Shown: positions 24,933 to 39,591, numbered from the stretch's first letter. The stretch: DNA of 64,000 nucleotides from Octopus sinensis (GCF_006345805.1 NC_043007.1:34782001-34846000); one strand, 5' to 3'. Notes: generated by a model not told the origin, from the letters alone. A program made the numbers and translations.

Positions 24933-25433
24933 TGGTGCCCCAGCATGGCCACAGCTTGTGAGCTGAAACTAGATAAAATAAAATAAAAAAATCAAAATAT
25001 TAAGTACATATATTTAAATATATATATATATGTGTGTATGTGTGTGTATACATAAAATTCGATTAGAGGTTGTGTTAACCTCATGAAGGGATGATTTCAT
25101 CCAAGGAAATACTAGTTCAATACCTAGTATTTTGGGGGAATTAATTTCCTTAAAATAATTGGTGTATATATAAAAGCATATAGTTTATATTCATATAAAA
25201 GAAGAAAACAGAAAATGGAGATTGGGAAGATAATAATCATTTATTATTAAGAGCAAATTAATCATCAGCCTTTACAGCTGTTTCAGTTAATACTCAGTAA
25301 ATATTAAATTTATGTGACCTGAGCATAATATCTTTGGATGGGAAAAAATATACCCTTGGATGTTTTATGCTCAGTTCATATAAATTTGATATTTACTGAG
25401 TATTAATTGAAACAGCTGTAAGGAATAATGATT

Positions 25434-26924
25434 AATGCTGATGACATTGCTCTCATCATGGAATCATTACCAGAACTAGGTGTCGAAGTAAGCTTTAGAA
25501 TCGAAGGGCCTTAGAGTCAATGTTGCAAAAACCAAAGTCCTTGTAAGCAGGAAGGTGAACACATCACAAACCCCTTCAGGTAGGTGGCCCAGCTCGATCT
25601 GTAGAAAAGGTGTAGGTAGAAATTCCATAAGATGTACACAGTGTAAGCTATGGATGCATAAGAGGTGCAGCAGCATCAAAGGAAGGTTAACCAGGAAGAT
25701 AGCTCTTGTGTGCGACAGATGCACAGGGGCAATAAACACCAGAGATGCTCGGAAAACTGATTCCATCACATGCCAAGAGGAGAAACTAGAAATAGTTGAT
25801 AGCTTCCACTACCTAGGTGACCAAGTCAGTAGTAGGGGTGGATGCTCGGAGAGCATTGCCACTAGAATAAGAATAGCCTGGGCAAAGTTCAGAAAGCTCC
25901 TACCTCTACAGGTGACAAAGGGCCTTTCACTCAGAGTGAAAGGTAGATTGTATGATGCATGTGTGCAAACTGCCATGCTACACAGCAGTGAAACATGGGC
26001 TATGACTGCAGAGGACATGCATAGGCTTGAAAGAAATTAACCTGGTATGATCCGTTGGATGTGTAATGCCAGTGTATACACACTGCATAGTGTAAGTGTC
26101 CTGAGAGAAATGTTGGACATAAGAAGCATCAGATGTGGTGTGCGACAGAGATGACTGCACTGGTATCATCATGTAATGCGTATGGATGAGGAGAGCTGTG
26201 TGAAGAAGTGTCACTCACTAACAGTGGAAGGAGCCCATGGTAGAGGGAGACCCAGGAAGACGTGGGATGAGGTGGTGAAGCATGACCTGTGAACGTTGGG
26301 CTTCCGAGAGGCAATGACAGAAGACTGCGACCTCTGGAGATATGCTGTGATTGAGAAGACCTGGCAAGGAAAGTGAGATCACAGCCATAGAACCAGCCCA
26401 TTTAAAAAGTTCTTTTGAATTGTCAGTTGACATGCCATGCTTGAGGGGACCCATTGGGTCAAGTAAAATCGAAATCAAATCAGATCAAATGGAAATTGTC
26501 GTTGTGGCCAAAGCCAGTGCCGCCTGACTGGCTCCCGTGCTGGTGGCACGCAATAAATACATGCATGCGTGGGTCTTTGCCAGTGTCACCCGATTGGCTC
26601 ACGTGCTGGTGGCATGTAAAAGGCACCATCTGAACATGGTCGATGCCTGCCACCCCCCACCCTACCCCACACCGACTGGCTCCTGTGCCAGTACCGTGTA
26701 AAAAGCACCGTCCAAACATGGCCGATGCCAGTGCTGCCTGACTGGATCCTGTGCCAGTGTCACCCAAAAAGCACCCACTACACTCTCGGAGTGGTTGGCA
26801 TTAGGAAAGGCATCCAGCTGTAGGAACACTGCTGGATCAGATTGGAGCCTGGTGCCGCCTCCTGGCTTGCCAGTCCCCAGCCAAACCATCCAACCAATGC
26901 CAGCATGGAAAACGGACGTTAAAC

Positions 26925-26968
<44 letters not shown>
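25434..26968 (+). mobile_element. Second 5'-truncated RTE LINE copy (older, with stops), same family as 8510-10427
   Basis: ADDIAL, GRWPSSICRKGVGRNSIRCTQCKLWMHKRC, FHYLGDQV and RIRIAWAKFR. Same 3' UTR modules and (GAT)n tail. Confidence 0.9.
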
Positions 26969-27023
<55 letters not shown>

Positions 27024-30000
27024 GGCGGCAAGCTGGCAGAGTTGTTAGCATAGTGGGCAAAATGCTTAGCAACTTTGTTCCATCTGCATGATCTGAGATC
27101 AAATTCCACCAAGGTCGACTCTGCCTTTCATCCTTTCAGCGTCAATAAAATAAGTACCTGTTGAACACCCGGGTGGATGTAATCAAAAATTTCCCCACCA
27201 AAAATTTCAGGTTGTGCTCATAGTAGAAAGGATTATTATCATTATTGTATTTACGTATGTATGTGTATGTATGCATGTACTTTTATGTATGTATGTATGT
27301 GTGTGTGTGTGTGCGTAAACTTTGTACAGACAGGGGCCGAGCTCTTGATAGGGTGATAAGGACATTGTTGTAACATATGGTACGTCCCATATTGCTTTTG
27401 CTGTTGTTTTCATTATATATATATATGTATGTATGTGTATGTATGTATGTATGTATGTACGTATGCTTGTATGTATATGTATATCTAATTCATTATATAA
27501 ATAGATAATTTTTTTAGAAATAAAATGAAAACGAAGGAAAACCTTTACTTTCATTAATATCTAATTACTACGACTAAATTATAACTAATACCACCCCTGC
27601 TACTACTACCAGTCTTACTACTACTAATACTACTATTAGTACTACTAATATTAATACTACTACTACTACTACTACTAATAATAATAATAATAATAATAAT
27701 AGTAATAATACTCTTACTACTGCTGTTACTTTTACTATTACTACCTGATGTGTCTGTTATTGTTGTAGTTATAGTTGTGGTGCTAATGAACTAGTAGACT
27801 ACAATAGTTGCCACTATGGTACATTCTACTACTCAGTTACATTAGTATATCCAGTCTGACAGTTATTGATTTTTCTTCTTTTTTTTTTATCGTGTGTGTG
27901 TATGTTTTGTTGTCTTTTTCTTCTTTTCTGTCTTCTTCTTTTGCAGTAATTAGAACCAATTCCGTCTTCATATGAGGACAGATTATTATAGACATGTCTT
28001 GTCTCACAGAGGAAGACCATTTGCCTTAAGCAGGGCAAACTAGATTGCAGCTATATTCCTACGCACTTCACGCCTGCCACCACATACCCACCGACTGTGT
28101 ATACACATGCACAGTCTTCCTTCCAACTTTTAAATTTTTAATTAGTTTGCACTCTAAGACATCTTCATTAATATTGGTTTATCATTGGTCTTCAGATTTC
28201 AGGATTTCCAGAATTGTTGATATGTCTGGGAACTGGAAATGTTACATTCAGTAGATTGGCTTCCTTAACGAGACAAAAATGACCTGAATAATGACCTATA
28301 AGAATCATGGCCATCACCATTGTTTAACATCTGTTTTCCATGCTGGCGATCGGATGGACAGTTTGACTGAAGCTGATGAGTCAGATGACTGACTCAGAGT
28401 CCAATGGTTTTGGCATAGTTTCCACAGCTGGATGTCTTTTCTAATACAAAACACTATACACAGTATGCTGGATGCTTTTTCCATGGCACCAACACTAAAG
28501 AGGTCACCAAGTAATTCGCAAAACAGTATCTCCTCAACCGAGCAAGTGTGTATTATTGAGGGAGGTGATTTTGTGCTTGGCGTTGAGAGACTAAAGTATG
28601 ATAGAGGGACAGGGACAGGTATGTTGCTGAAGAGGTGTATATGTGGCTTTCCAAGTTTATTTCTGTATTGCCCATGAGGGGCTAAACATAGAGGGGACAA
28701 ACAAGGACAGACAAACGGATTAAGTTGATTACATCGACCTCAGTGCACAACTGGTACTTAATTTATCGACCCTGAAAGGATGAAAGGCAAAGTTGACCTC
28801 AGCGGAATTTGAACTCAGAACTTAACGGCAGACGAAATACTGCTAATCATTTCACCCGGCATGGAGAGGGGGTAGCTGGTATGCATGGATGACTGCTGGT
28901 CTGCCATAAACAACCTAGCCTGAACTTGTGCCTTGGAGAGGAACTTTCTAGATGCAATCCCATGGTCATTCATGACTGAAGGGGGTCTTTATTCTGTACC
29001 CATTTGACAGTGTAATCCAAGTGCTAAAAGGTTAAGAGAACAATCAAGTAATAACATTACTTAAAATCTGATTGAAGCTATCATACATCTATAGGTGTTT
29101 TATATGTGTGTGTGTGGACATGTGATTGAGTGGTTAGGATGATGCAGTCAGAATCACTAGATTGTGGTTTCAATTCCCGGCCTGGATGGTGTGTTGTGTT
29201 CTTGAGCAAAACCTTTCATTTCACGCTGCTCCAGTCCGCTCAGCTGTATATGAATAACCCTGTGATGGACTGGTGTTTTGTTCATGGGGAGGGTTGGCCT
29301 GCCTGCCCGTGCACCTACCCAGTGCAGTGGAATCATTTGAAAGCTAGAACAATGCAATGAAGTGCATTGTGACCAGTGGTGTGTAACATTATTCAATAGT
29401 GTGATTGATTCAGTGCTACAGAGATATACATGTTTTATACGTGTATGTGTGTTTGTACACACACATACATACATACAATGCATATATTACATATATAAAT
29501 ATATATATTTGCCAGATCAGATTGGAGCTTGGTGTAGCCTTCTGACTCGCCAGCCCTCAGTCAAACCATCCAAACCATTCCAGCATGGAAAGCGGATGTT
29601 AAACGAGGATGATGATGATGATGATGATATATCCAATACATACATCCAATGCAAATATTCACATATTCACACACACACTACATATATACATACATACATA
29701 CATACATTATGTATATATATATATATAAAATACATACATACATAAATACATACATACATACATACATACATACATACATACATACATACATACATGCATG
29801 CACACACTCACATACATACATACACACATCATACATACACACACACTTGCATGCACTTATACACATACATACAGACAGAAAGAGAGGGCAGGAGATGGAG
29901 GGAGATAGACATGTCACAACAATAAGCTGAAATGAGTGCTATGTTTGTATTATTCCATGACAAAAATGGACAATTAGCCCCCACACCCCACCCCCATTCC

Positions 30001-30204
30001 ATTTCTCTTATTATTCCAATAATGGATGTTCTGCCTTGCTTCCAATAACAATGGAATTCCTGACTGTCTGTCTGTGTGTCACGGTAGCCCACAGTCACAT
30101 CTGATGTATTCTGAGAAAGTCTGAACATGTCATAACAGTAAACTGAAAATAAATAAAATATTGATATTATACGAAGCACTGTCAGGTCAGTGGATTGGTG
30201 AACA

Positions 30205-30545
30205 AACTGCCTTATGCTTTTTTAAGTTATGTCCCTTTATGTTCTGAGTTCAAATCCCACATAAGTAGACATTGTCTTTTAGCCTTCGGGATAAAAGGCA
30301 ATTATGTATGAGCCATGTACTGAAATGCTTTTTTAATTTATGTCCCTTTATGTTCTGAGTTCAAATCCCATCTAAGTAGACATTGTCTTTTAGCCTTCGG
30401 GATAAAAGGCAATTATGTATGAGCCATGTACTGAAATGCTTTTTTAATTTACGTCCCTTTATGTTCTGAGTTCAAATCACACCTAAGTAGACATTATCAT
30501 TTACGCTCCTGGATAACAGGCAATTATGTATGAGTCATGTACTGA
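30205..30545 (+). repeat. Triplicated ~111-bp degenerate SINE-B-like fragment
   Basis: atgctttttt...gtccctttatgttctgagttcaaatc..taagtagacatt...atgtactgaa occurs three times. Confidence 0.8.
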
Positions 30546-30556
30546 ATTTACATATG

Positions 30557-30769
30557 TGAGGGAGTGCTGAAAAGTCCCTGGCTTTAAGGGTGCTGCGAGA
30601 GGTCTGATTGGAAGCCCAACCACCCAAGTTCTTTTACAGGGCTTAGAAAAACTGAAGGACTGTTGCAATAAGTGTGTAAATCTAAGAGAGGAATATGTTC
30701 AGTTAAATTATAACTGATCTGCCTGTATTTTCTTTTACCCAAAGCCAGGAAATTTTCAGCACCCACTTG
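30557..30769. mobile_element. mariner-type MITE
   Basis: TIRs gagggagtgctgaaaagtccctggcttt / aaagccaggaaattttcagcacccacttg-TA. The same right end occurs at 148-178. Confidence 0.65.
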
Positions 30770-30785
30770 TAATCAACCATATATA

Positions 30786-31304
30786 CTGTAAATCTTCGAG
30801 TATAGTCTGCCCTTGAGTATAATACGCAGGGGATTTTTAGGGGCCTGTACCTCTGAAAAACCTAAACCTTGTGTATAATACGCACTCCTCAAACTTGAGT
30901 CGTGTGTAATTAAGCCAGCAGCACCTAGTCGAATAAACACTTCTGCGCATGCATAATACAATAATGGTGATGTTCTTAACTGTTATATGGGAATGTAAAT
31001 ATGTTTGCAAATTGCTTTTGTTACATGTTATTCTGTGTTCTGAATACTTTTATTTTAATAAATGTTGCTTACTGCAAGTTATGGATGATTCTTTTATGAC
31101 TTCATTGCTTTCAGGCTTAGCTTAAGGTATTTTCGCGCCCGACATCACAAAATATGTCTGAATAAACATTGCTGGACAGCAAATAGAGACTCAGACATTG
31201 CTCAGAAAATATTTTTCATTTTTAACCTCATGTATAGTACGCACTAAGGATTTTGACCTTTAAATTTTGGGGAAAAAATGCAGATGATACTCGAGGATTT
31301 ATGG
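30786..31304. mobile_element. Tc2/pogo-like MITE
   Basis: TA-ctgtaaatcttcgagtat ... atactcgaggatttatgg-TA. Confidence 0.7.
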
Positions 31305-32827
31305 TACATATATCATCATCATCCTCATCATTATCATTTAGCATCTGTTTTCTATACTGACACGGGTTGGACAGGTTGACAGGATCAGGTGGGCCACAAG
31401 ACTACTTTGTGCTTCATGTCAGCTTGTATGGCAGGATGTCTTTTCTAATGCCAACTACTTCACAGTGTGTAGTGGGTACTTTTCTCATTGCACTAGGGAG
31501 TTGCCAAATATCTTGCGAAACATGAAAAGACACGAAATTACTTGGGATCATCTTCTCGTTAGGACCTCCCATTGTGGCTGTGGTAACCCAGGTTTGAATC
31601 TTGGTCATGGCAGCCTCCTTTGAATTTTAGAGAGGTGCAGGTGTGGGCTATGTGGTAAGAAGCTTGCTTCCCAACCGCACTGTTCCGGGTTCAGTCCTAC
31701 AGCATGGCACCATGGGCAAATGTCTTCTACTATAGCCTCAGGCCAACCAAAGCTTTATGAGTGGATTTGGTGGACAGAAACTGAAAGAAGCCCTTCATGT
31801 GTGTGTGTGTAAGTGAGTGTCTGTGTTTGTCCCCACCACCACCATTTGACAACCAGTGTTGGTGTGTTTACATCCTCATAGCTTAGCAGTTCAGCAAAAG
31901 AGTCTGTATGAATAAGTACCAGGCTTAAAAAATAAAAAAATAAAAAAATAATAAGTCCTAGGGTTGATTTGTTTGACTGAAACCCTTCAAGGTGGTGCCT
32001 CAGCACAGCAGCAGTCAAATGACTGAAATAAATAAAAGATAAAATAAAAAATAAAAGAATCCCCATAAGGGCTCATGGCATGAAACAAACCCCTAGTACA
32101 CACTGTGTGTGTGTGTATGTGTGTGTACCCTTATCTTTAACATCACATGATGGTTGTAAACAAGCATCACTGTCATGCAAGTGAGGCTGTTTGTTTCTAG
32201 GCTCCTGTGGCATTGGTTCTTCTTCTTCTTCCTCTTCCCCTCCCCCTCCTCCTCCTCTCTCTCTCTCTCTTTCTCTCTCTATCTATCTACTTATCTCATT
32301 CTTTCACTCACTAAATATAGACAATACATTCTTCTCTCCACCCTCACCTCACATACTCACTCACTTTCTACAAACTTTGCATCTCTCTCATAGGTACTTC
32401 TCTCTCACTCTTTTATCTCCCCCCTCTCTCTCTTTCTCTCTCCCTCTCTCTCTCTCTCTTTCATCTCCTACACTCAATCTCTCACATACTGCCATGCTCT
32501 CTCTCTCTCTCCCCCCGTCTCTCTCTCATTCTCACACCCAGATGTACTAAATAACACCATTTCTTTTCTCTTCCAACCAGACTTCTAAAGAAAATCTCCA
32601 AGACATTGATTAACTCGGTGTAATAATTGTGCAGGTGCAGTAATACAGCAAAGCTGTGATACTGCATCATAGCAATACTGCGATACAGAGCAAGCCATTA
32701 TCATGGGCATTCATCTTATTCTTTAGGCTTTTAATTATTCTATATTTCATGAAACCAAACTCACTCTCACACATACCCACACACATACACTCATTCTGCA
32801 CAAGTATTGAATATATAATATCTATAA

Positions 32828-32870
<43 letters not shown>

Positions 32871-34666
32871 CTGATGGCATGTAAGAGAACCGTCCGAACG
32901 TGGCCATTGCCAGTGCCGCCCCGACTGGCCTCCATGCCGGTGGCACGTAAAATGCTCCATCCGATTGTGGCCATTGCCAGCCTCGTCTGGCCCCGTGCCG
33001 GTGGCACGTAAAAATCACCATCCGATCGTGGCCATTGCCAGCCTCGTCTGGCACCTGTGCAGGTGGCACGTAAAAAGCACCCACTACACTCACGGAGTGG
33101 TTGGCATTAGGAAGGGCATCCAGCTGTAGAAACACTGCCAGATCAGACTGGGCCTGGCACAGCCTTCTGGCTTCCCAGACCCCAGTTTAACCATCCAACC
33201 CATGCTAGCATGGAAAACGGATGTTAAACAATGATGATCGTGCTTGCTTGCTTCATGCTTTTGCTTAATGGAGGCAGAGGTCTTCCTGAGTTAGTGGTGC
33301 CAGGGGCATCATCATGCATAGAGCCAACCAGGTCTGCCACTGCTTCCCATTGCTGGTGATTCCATGCCAGCCCCTCTAGCAACAGCCCACCTACCCTACT
33401 CACCTATATATAATGCAGAGTTGTCCTGAATTCCCTACACAACAATAAGCTTATTCATGTTTCCTTCCATCGTATTTGAACCTCTCAACACCTCACATAA
33501 AGCCTCCTGCCTTCTCTCTCATGGTATTCTTCTCTATTGAGGTGGCTCTTGAGTTACAAGGCAACCTCACTAATGCTGGTGCCTTGATAAAAGCATACAG
33601 TTCACCTTGAAAAGTAACTAGCATCATTAAGGAAGGGTCACCAACCATGGAAACTGTGCCAAAACAGAGACATTAGAGTGAGATTTTGTCCTCTAACTCT
33701 CAGTCCATAGACAATGCTCAACTCATACCAGTAGTACAAACCGGCATAAAATGATGATGGTGAGGATGGTGTTAGGTTAAATGTGTGTGTGTAAATACAT
33801 ACGTACATATGTGTGTGTACATGTGCTATATGTATGTATGTTATTATAATTATCAGTTTAATAAATAAATAAGTTAACATTTTTAATGTCCAAAAGTTGA
33901 TGAACCACCTATTGTTCTCCACCATTTTCTTATTTGTGTTATACATATATATATATATGTATGTATGTATTCATTCTATTTATCAAAGAAAGCATAAGCA
34001 CACAAGTTCATATGTACCAGCGTTTCTGCGTACCATATTCACTCACAAGCCTTTGATCAAATCAAGACTATAGCAGAAGGCACTTGCCCGATGTTTCGCA
34101 CAGTTGGAGTGAACCTGAGACCATGTGGATGGGAAGCAAACTTGTTACCCGCACAACCATGTCACCCGTATACAAATAGTTCTGTCTCCTTGCTTTGACT
34201 TCATGTGATGCTTTGTAAAACGAATGTCTCTGTCATGCAAACAGTGTCCCTTCATTTCCAATGTTCTTTGATCTTGAAAACGTGTCTGGTTGTGGAGAAA
34301 TATTACTTTGCTTGGAAACAGGTGAGGGTTGGTGATAGGAAGGGCATTCAGCCGCAGAAACTCAATCTCAAAAAAACTCCGTCTGTGCCACCCACCAATG
34401 ACAAGCATGAAAAACAAGATGTTAAATGATGGTCATGATGGCGATGACGACAATAACGATGATGATGATGATGATGTTAGAGACACTTCAGTACGTGTGT
34501 GTGTGCGTACATGTGTGTGTGTGTGTGCTTGTGTATTTATAATCCTCAAAACTTTTGGCCTGTGAATTATTTATTTAGCTCTAAAACCAAGTAAGAAAAA
34601 TATACATATTCTTGGATTCTTGAATTTTGCATTGTATTTATCATATTTATACAATGAAGACTCTCA

Positions 34667-34698
<32 letters not shown>

Positions 34699-36685
34699 GT
34701 CTCGTTTTCATTCTGCCTCTTTCTCTTTTTCTTTCTCATTCTCTCTATGTATGTGTGTGAATATGTACATATACCTACACAGACATACAAACTACATATG
34801 TGTGTTTTTGTGTGTGTGTGTGTGTGAGTAGATAAATATGGATATATGTATATACATACATTCATACATACATACATACGTACATATATATACATACACA
34901 TACATACATACATGTTATATAATGAGAGCCAAAAAAGGAAAACAGGCACTTGGAAATGTAGGTCACATATATCAAGAAATAGGACATATATATATTATAT
35001 ATATATATATATATAAACACATGTGATGTATTTATTTTCAAGTGTTTATTCATTTCTGGCTATAATTAGTCCATCAGTCGGAACGCATTGCGATATTTCC
35101 TGCAGCTCTACACAGGAAATATTTCAATTTGTGTATATAAGGAACCACTTTTCATCTAAACACCTCTCATTAAAAAAAAAAACGATAGAGTTCAAATTTT
35201 CTTTTTTTAAGGGTATTTTTGTGTTTTCATTTTAGTCCTTTACACCTCTGAGATTAGTTGTCGTTTCTAAAACACATCTAGGTCTAAATTAAACACTGAT
35301 TATTCATTTATCGTATGCAAACCTGAATATACTCTGTTTTGTGGATGTACAATGTTGTATTTTGATAAAAGTGAGAATCATATTTGTTTGTTGTTTGTTC
35401 CTTCTTGAGCTATGCCTGGCTCATAAGGGCCGGTTTTCCCAGTTTCCTTGGCGTATAGGTTCCCCACCTGGATGGGACGCCGGTCCATTGCAGGTGAGCT
35501 GCAAGATGCAGGAGGAAAGAGTGAGAGAAAGTTGTGGTGAAAGAGTCAGCAGAAGTTCGCTATTACCTTCTGCCGGAGCCGCATGGAGCTTAGGTGTGTC
35601 GCTCATAAATACACACATCGCCCTGTCTGAGATTCAAACCCACGATCCCTCGACCGCGCGTCTGCTACTCTAACCAATAGGTCATGTTCCTCCACATAGA
35701 ATCATATTTGCTTATATATGATATGAATTCATGTATAATGTATACCCATAATTAAGGGCAATAAAATCTTGGAAACAAAAATATATTTTTCATATATAAT
35801 AGGTAGTAACTTTTCTTTAGTTTTATTATGTTTTAGACTGTTTAGCCAGATTTATTATAATTGCTGTGTAAAATACAGCAATTATAATGCAGCCCCATCT
35901 TGAGAGGTTCAGTCAAACAAATTGACCCCAGTACCTATTTTTTTTAACCTTGGTACTTATTTTATCAGTCTTTTTAGGTAAACTACTAAGTTATGGAATG
36001 TAAACCAACATCCACTGGTTGTCAAGTGATGGCAGGGGTCAAACACTAACACAATCACTTGCAAGGGGACACACATACATGCACGCACACACATACTCGC
36101 ATGAACACATTCACACACACATGGATATGCTCATGTATATTGACAATAGGCTTGTTTCAGTTTCTTATTTCTTTATTGCTCACCAGGGGCTAAACATAGA
36201 GGGGACAAACAAGGACAGATAAACAGATTAAGTCAATTACATCGACCTCAGTGCACAACTGGTACTTAATTTATCGACCCCAAAAGGATGACAAAGTCAA
36301 CCGCAGCGAAATTTGAACTCAGAACAGTGGCAGACGAAATACCACAAAGCATTTCGCCTGGCGTGCTAACATTTCTGCCAGCTCACCACCTTAGGCTTGT
36401 TTCAGTTTCTGTCAATCAGATCCACTCACAAAGCTTTGTCAGTCCAGGGCTATAGTAGAAGACACTGGCCCAAGGTATCGCACAGTAGGACTAAACCTGG
36501 AACCATGTGGATGGGTAGCAAACGTCTTACCACAAGAGAATGTTTAGCCAGATTTATTATAATTGCTGTATAAAATATTATATTCGATGGCATAAAAGAT
36601 GCATGGGCATATTAGATGCATCTCTATATCATCAGTACATATTCAGCTAAAATATTTTTAGTGCATGAGAGCATATAATATTTAA

Positions 36686-36905
36686 CCCTTTAGTGTTCAG
36701 ATTACTCTGTTAAATGTAATACTTTTACACTCAAATTGTTTTGAATTAATCATGCATTATCTTATAGCTTTGAGGTTTCAATGATGTTATTGTTTATTTT
36801 TAGAATGACATTGTAGGGTAGGTGTGAGAGGCTAGATATTGCCAGTTTGAATATAAAACATGTGGAATTTCTGGGCCTGATACGGTCGGTTTAAACACTA
36901 AAGGG
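36686..36905. mobile_element. piggyBac-like (TTAA) MITE
   Basis: TTAA-ccctttagtgtt ... aacactaaaggg-TCAA. A partial copy lies at 62820. Confidence 0.65.
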
Positions 36906-37343
36906 TCAAAGTAACTTCACATATAGGATCTGGTGATGCTTTTTCAAGACATTATTTCAGAAAAAAAAATAGTATCTTATAAGTCATCAAATACTGTACA
37001 TTGTAAATGCTTACATCTCTTAAATGAAACAAGAATCAAATTCAAATGTGACAACAACTTTGCACTTACAGTCGAAACTAGTAAAGTTTTTAAATCTTTT
37101 CTGGTTTAGCCCCATAATTGTAAAGCTGTTTTGACATGAACATTTTGGGTGTCACATAATTATATATTTTAATGAAATAAAGCATATATTACATTTATGA
37201 ATTTGTTTTCCAAGATTCCTGATATGAAATTGTGTGATGAAACATATTTTGGGAATGACTTTTTTTTTATTCTGGTGGGCGGGCAGTAAGGGAAAAAATG
37301 AAAATGACCATCCTCAAATATAACAAAGCAATTATTATTACAC

Positions 37344-37753
37344 CAGGAATGGCTGTGTGGTAAGTAGCTTGCTTACCAACCACATGGTTCCGGGTTCAGT
37401 CCCACTGCATGACATCTTGGGCAAGTGTCTTCTGCTATAGCCCCGGGCCGACCAATGCCTTGTGAGTGGATTTGGTAGACGGAAACTGAAAGAAGCCTGT
37501 CGTATATATGTATATATATATATATATGTATGTATGTTTGTTTGTGTGTCTGTGTTTGTTCCTCTAGCATTGCTTGGCAACCGATGCTGGTGTGTTTATG
37601 TCCCCGTTACTTAGCGGTTCGGCAAAAGAGACCGATAGAAGAAGTACTGGGCTTACAATAAGAATAAGTCCCGGGGTCGAGTTGCTCGATTAAAGGCGGT
37701 GCTCCAGCATGGCCGCAGTCAAATGACTGAAACAAGTAAAAGTGTAAAAGAGT
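37344..37753 (+). mobile_element. SINE family A
   Basis: Full-length match to the family A consensus. Confidence 0.85.
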
Positions 37754-38519
37754 ATGAATAAATATGATATATTTTCAGTGAAGCAAAAATGTATCTCAGC
37801 CCTTTAAGAGACTGAAAAGCACTACATTAGAATGAGACAAGATGAAATTTAGTATTTAGGCTATCTTTCTACAATCTCTGACATTCCACCATCTTGTGAG
37901 TGGGAGGTGGCCTTATACTGGGTGAGTTTCAGGCATTGGTTCTCAACTGCAGTGCCTAGTGATGCATACAGCCTTCAAGTATTCTTCTGGTGGCCCCCAA
38001 ACAGTCTTCTCTCTATAAATATAATTTTTTTTTTCTTTAATTGACTTGTACATTTTTTTAACCTTACCCAGATATTAAAATGGTTGTGAGCTACTGGTTT
38101 CAGATGGTTCTCATCTGCAGCTCCCAGGGGTCTGTGCGGCCCTCAAGCATCCTTCCAGCAGTCCCCTACAGTCCTCTCTATAAATATGATAAATTTTTCT
38201 CTAATTCACTTTGTTTTACTTTTTTTGGTGCAGCCCCAGGTTTTAGATATGGTCCAAATCGAGAGTTACAGGTTTAAAATGACTCTCACCTGCAGGTTAC
38301 CCTCAAGTATTCTTCCAGCCACTAGTGTAGCTAGAGCGTTTGCTACCCAGGGCAACCCATCAGTTTGCTGACCCCAGGTCACCACAGAAAATACATATTA
38401 CCTACAGCAGATCCAAAAGTGGTGCTGCCCCCATAAAAGTGCCACCCAGGGTGGACTCCCCCCCCCACTGTCCTCCTCTAGCTATGCTAGTGCTTCCATC
38501 AGCCCCCAACAGTCTTTTC

Positions 38520-38733
38520 TTTACTCTTTACTCTTTTACTTGTTTCAGTCATTTGACTGTGGCCATGCTGGAGCACCGCCTTTAGTCGAGCAGATTGACC
38601 CCAGGACTTATTCTTTGTAAGCCTAGTACTTATTCTATTGGTCTCTTTTGCCGAACCGCTAAGTTACAGGGACGTAAACACACCAGCATCAGTTTTCAAG
38701 TGATGTTGGGGACACAAACATATACACAACACA

Positions 38734-38773
<40 letters not shown>

Positions 38774-38924
38774 TACGACGGGCTTCTTTCAGTTTCTGTC
38801 AACAAAATCCACTCACAAGGCTTTGGTCGCCCCGAGGCTATAGTAGAAGACACTTGCCCAAGGTGCCACACAGTGGGACTGAACCCGGAACCATGTGGTT
38901 GGTAAGCAAGCTACTTACCACACA
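38520..38924 (-). mobile_element. SINE family A, inserted in tandem degenerate hAT-like MITE copies (37930-39035)
   Basis: Reverse complement of family A. The host motif cccccaacagtc...tataaatat occurs three times and ends aaggttaagaaccactg. Confidence 0.8.
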
Positions 38925-39147
38925 TATTTATAAATATAATAAACTTTTCTTTAATTCACTTGTGTGTTACTTTTTTGGTGTGGCCCCTGGATTTGGGATC
39001 TGACTTGGATATTAAAAAGGTTAAGAACCACTGGTTTAAAGTATGATAGAGGGACAAGCTCAGATATCAGCAAGAATATAAACCTACTGTTCCAAAATTT
39101 GGTTTAGTTCTGTTTTAATATAAATATCTTTCTCTCTCTTCCCTCAG

Positions 39148-39591
39148 GTATCTGCTTCCCACCCCTATTTGGTGAAGCCACGCCGCCGTAGCCGTTGGAT
39201 ATTGTCCGACAACAGCCCAGTAGCCACTCGAATCTGTGTCTTAGACATTGTCTGTCTACTTCCGTCGACCAGCACCTGGATCCCTATACCGAGAGGTGAC
39301 ACTCGCAAGATGCTTGCCGATAGCGGCCTCATCAAGAAGCTACAGATCACGTCAACATCGACGGAAGACGAGCTGAAGCATATGATCTCGAACCTCTTCA
39401 GCGTGTCCTTCAACCTCGCTGAAGATGAGCTGCTTCCTTTCGACTACTTGCGAACGCAACCGAGTTGTAAGCGTCTGGTGCGTCCGGAAGTTACAGAGGA
39501 CTGGCACTGGGGTGGACGTGAAGTGGCTAACCTGGCAGGTCAAGGCTGTTTGTATATCGTCTCCAAGATCCCATTGTCTTTAGATTCAAAG
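39148..39591 (+). CDS. Internal coding exon (148 codons, phase 0-0) encoding domain copy 1 of an uncharacterised protein
   Basis: Acceptor tctttctctctcttccctcAG (39146-47) and donor AG/GTAAGA (39592). 444 nt open and GC-richer than the flanks: VSASHPYLVKPRRRSRW...RICVLDIVCLLP...LAGQGCLYIVSKIPLSLDSK. Paralogous to the exon at 50585. Confidence 0.9.

Noticed and set aside
27954-28043. C2H2 zinc finger (RHVLSHRGRPF)
   Set aside because: No Cys pair upstream; the resemblance to the H-x3-H linker is probably chance. Kept only as a candidate terminal exon.
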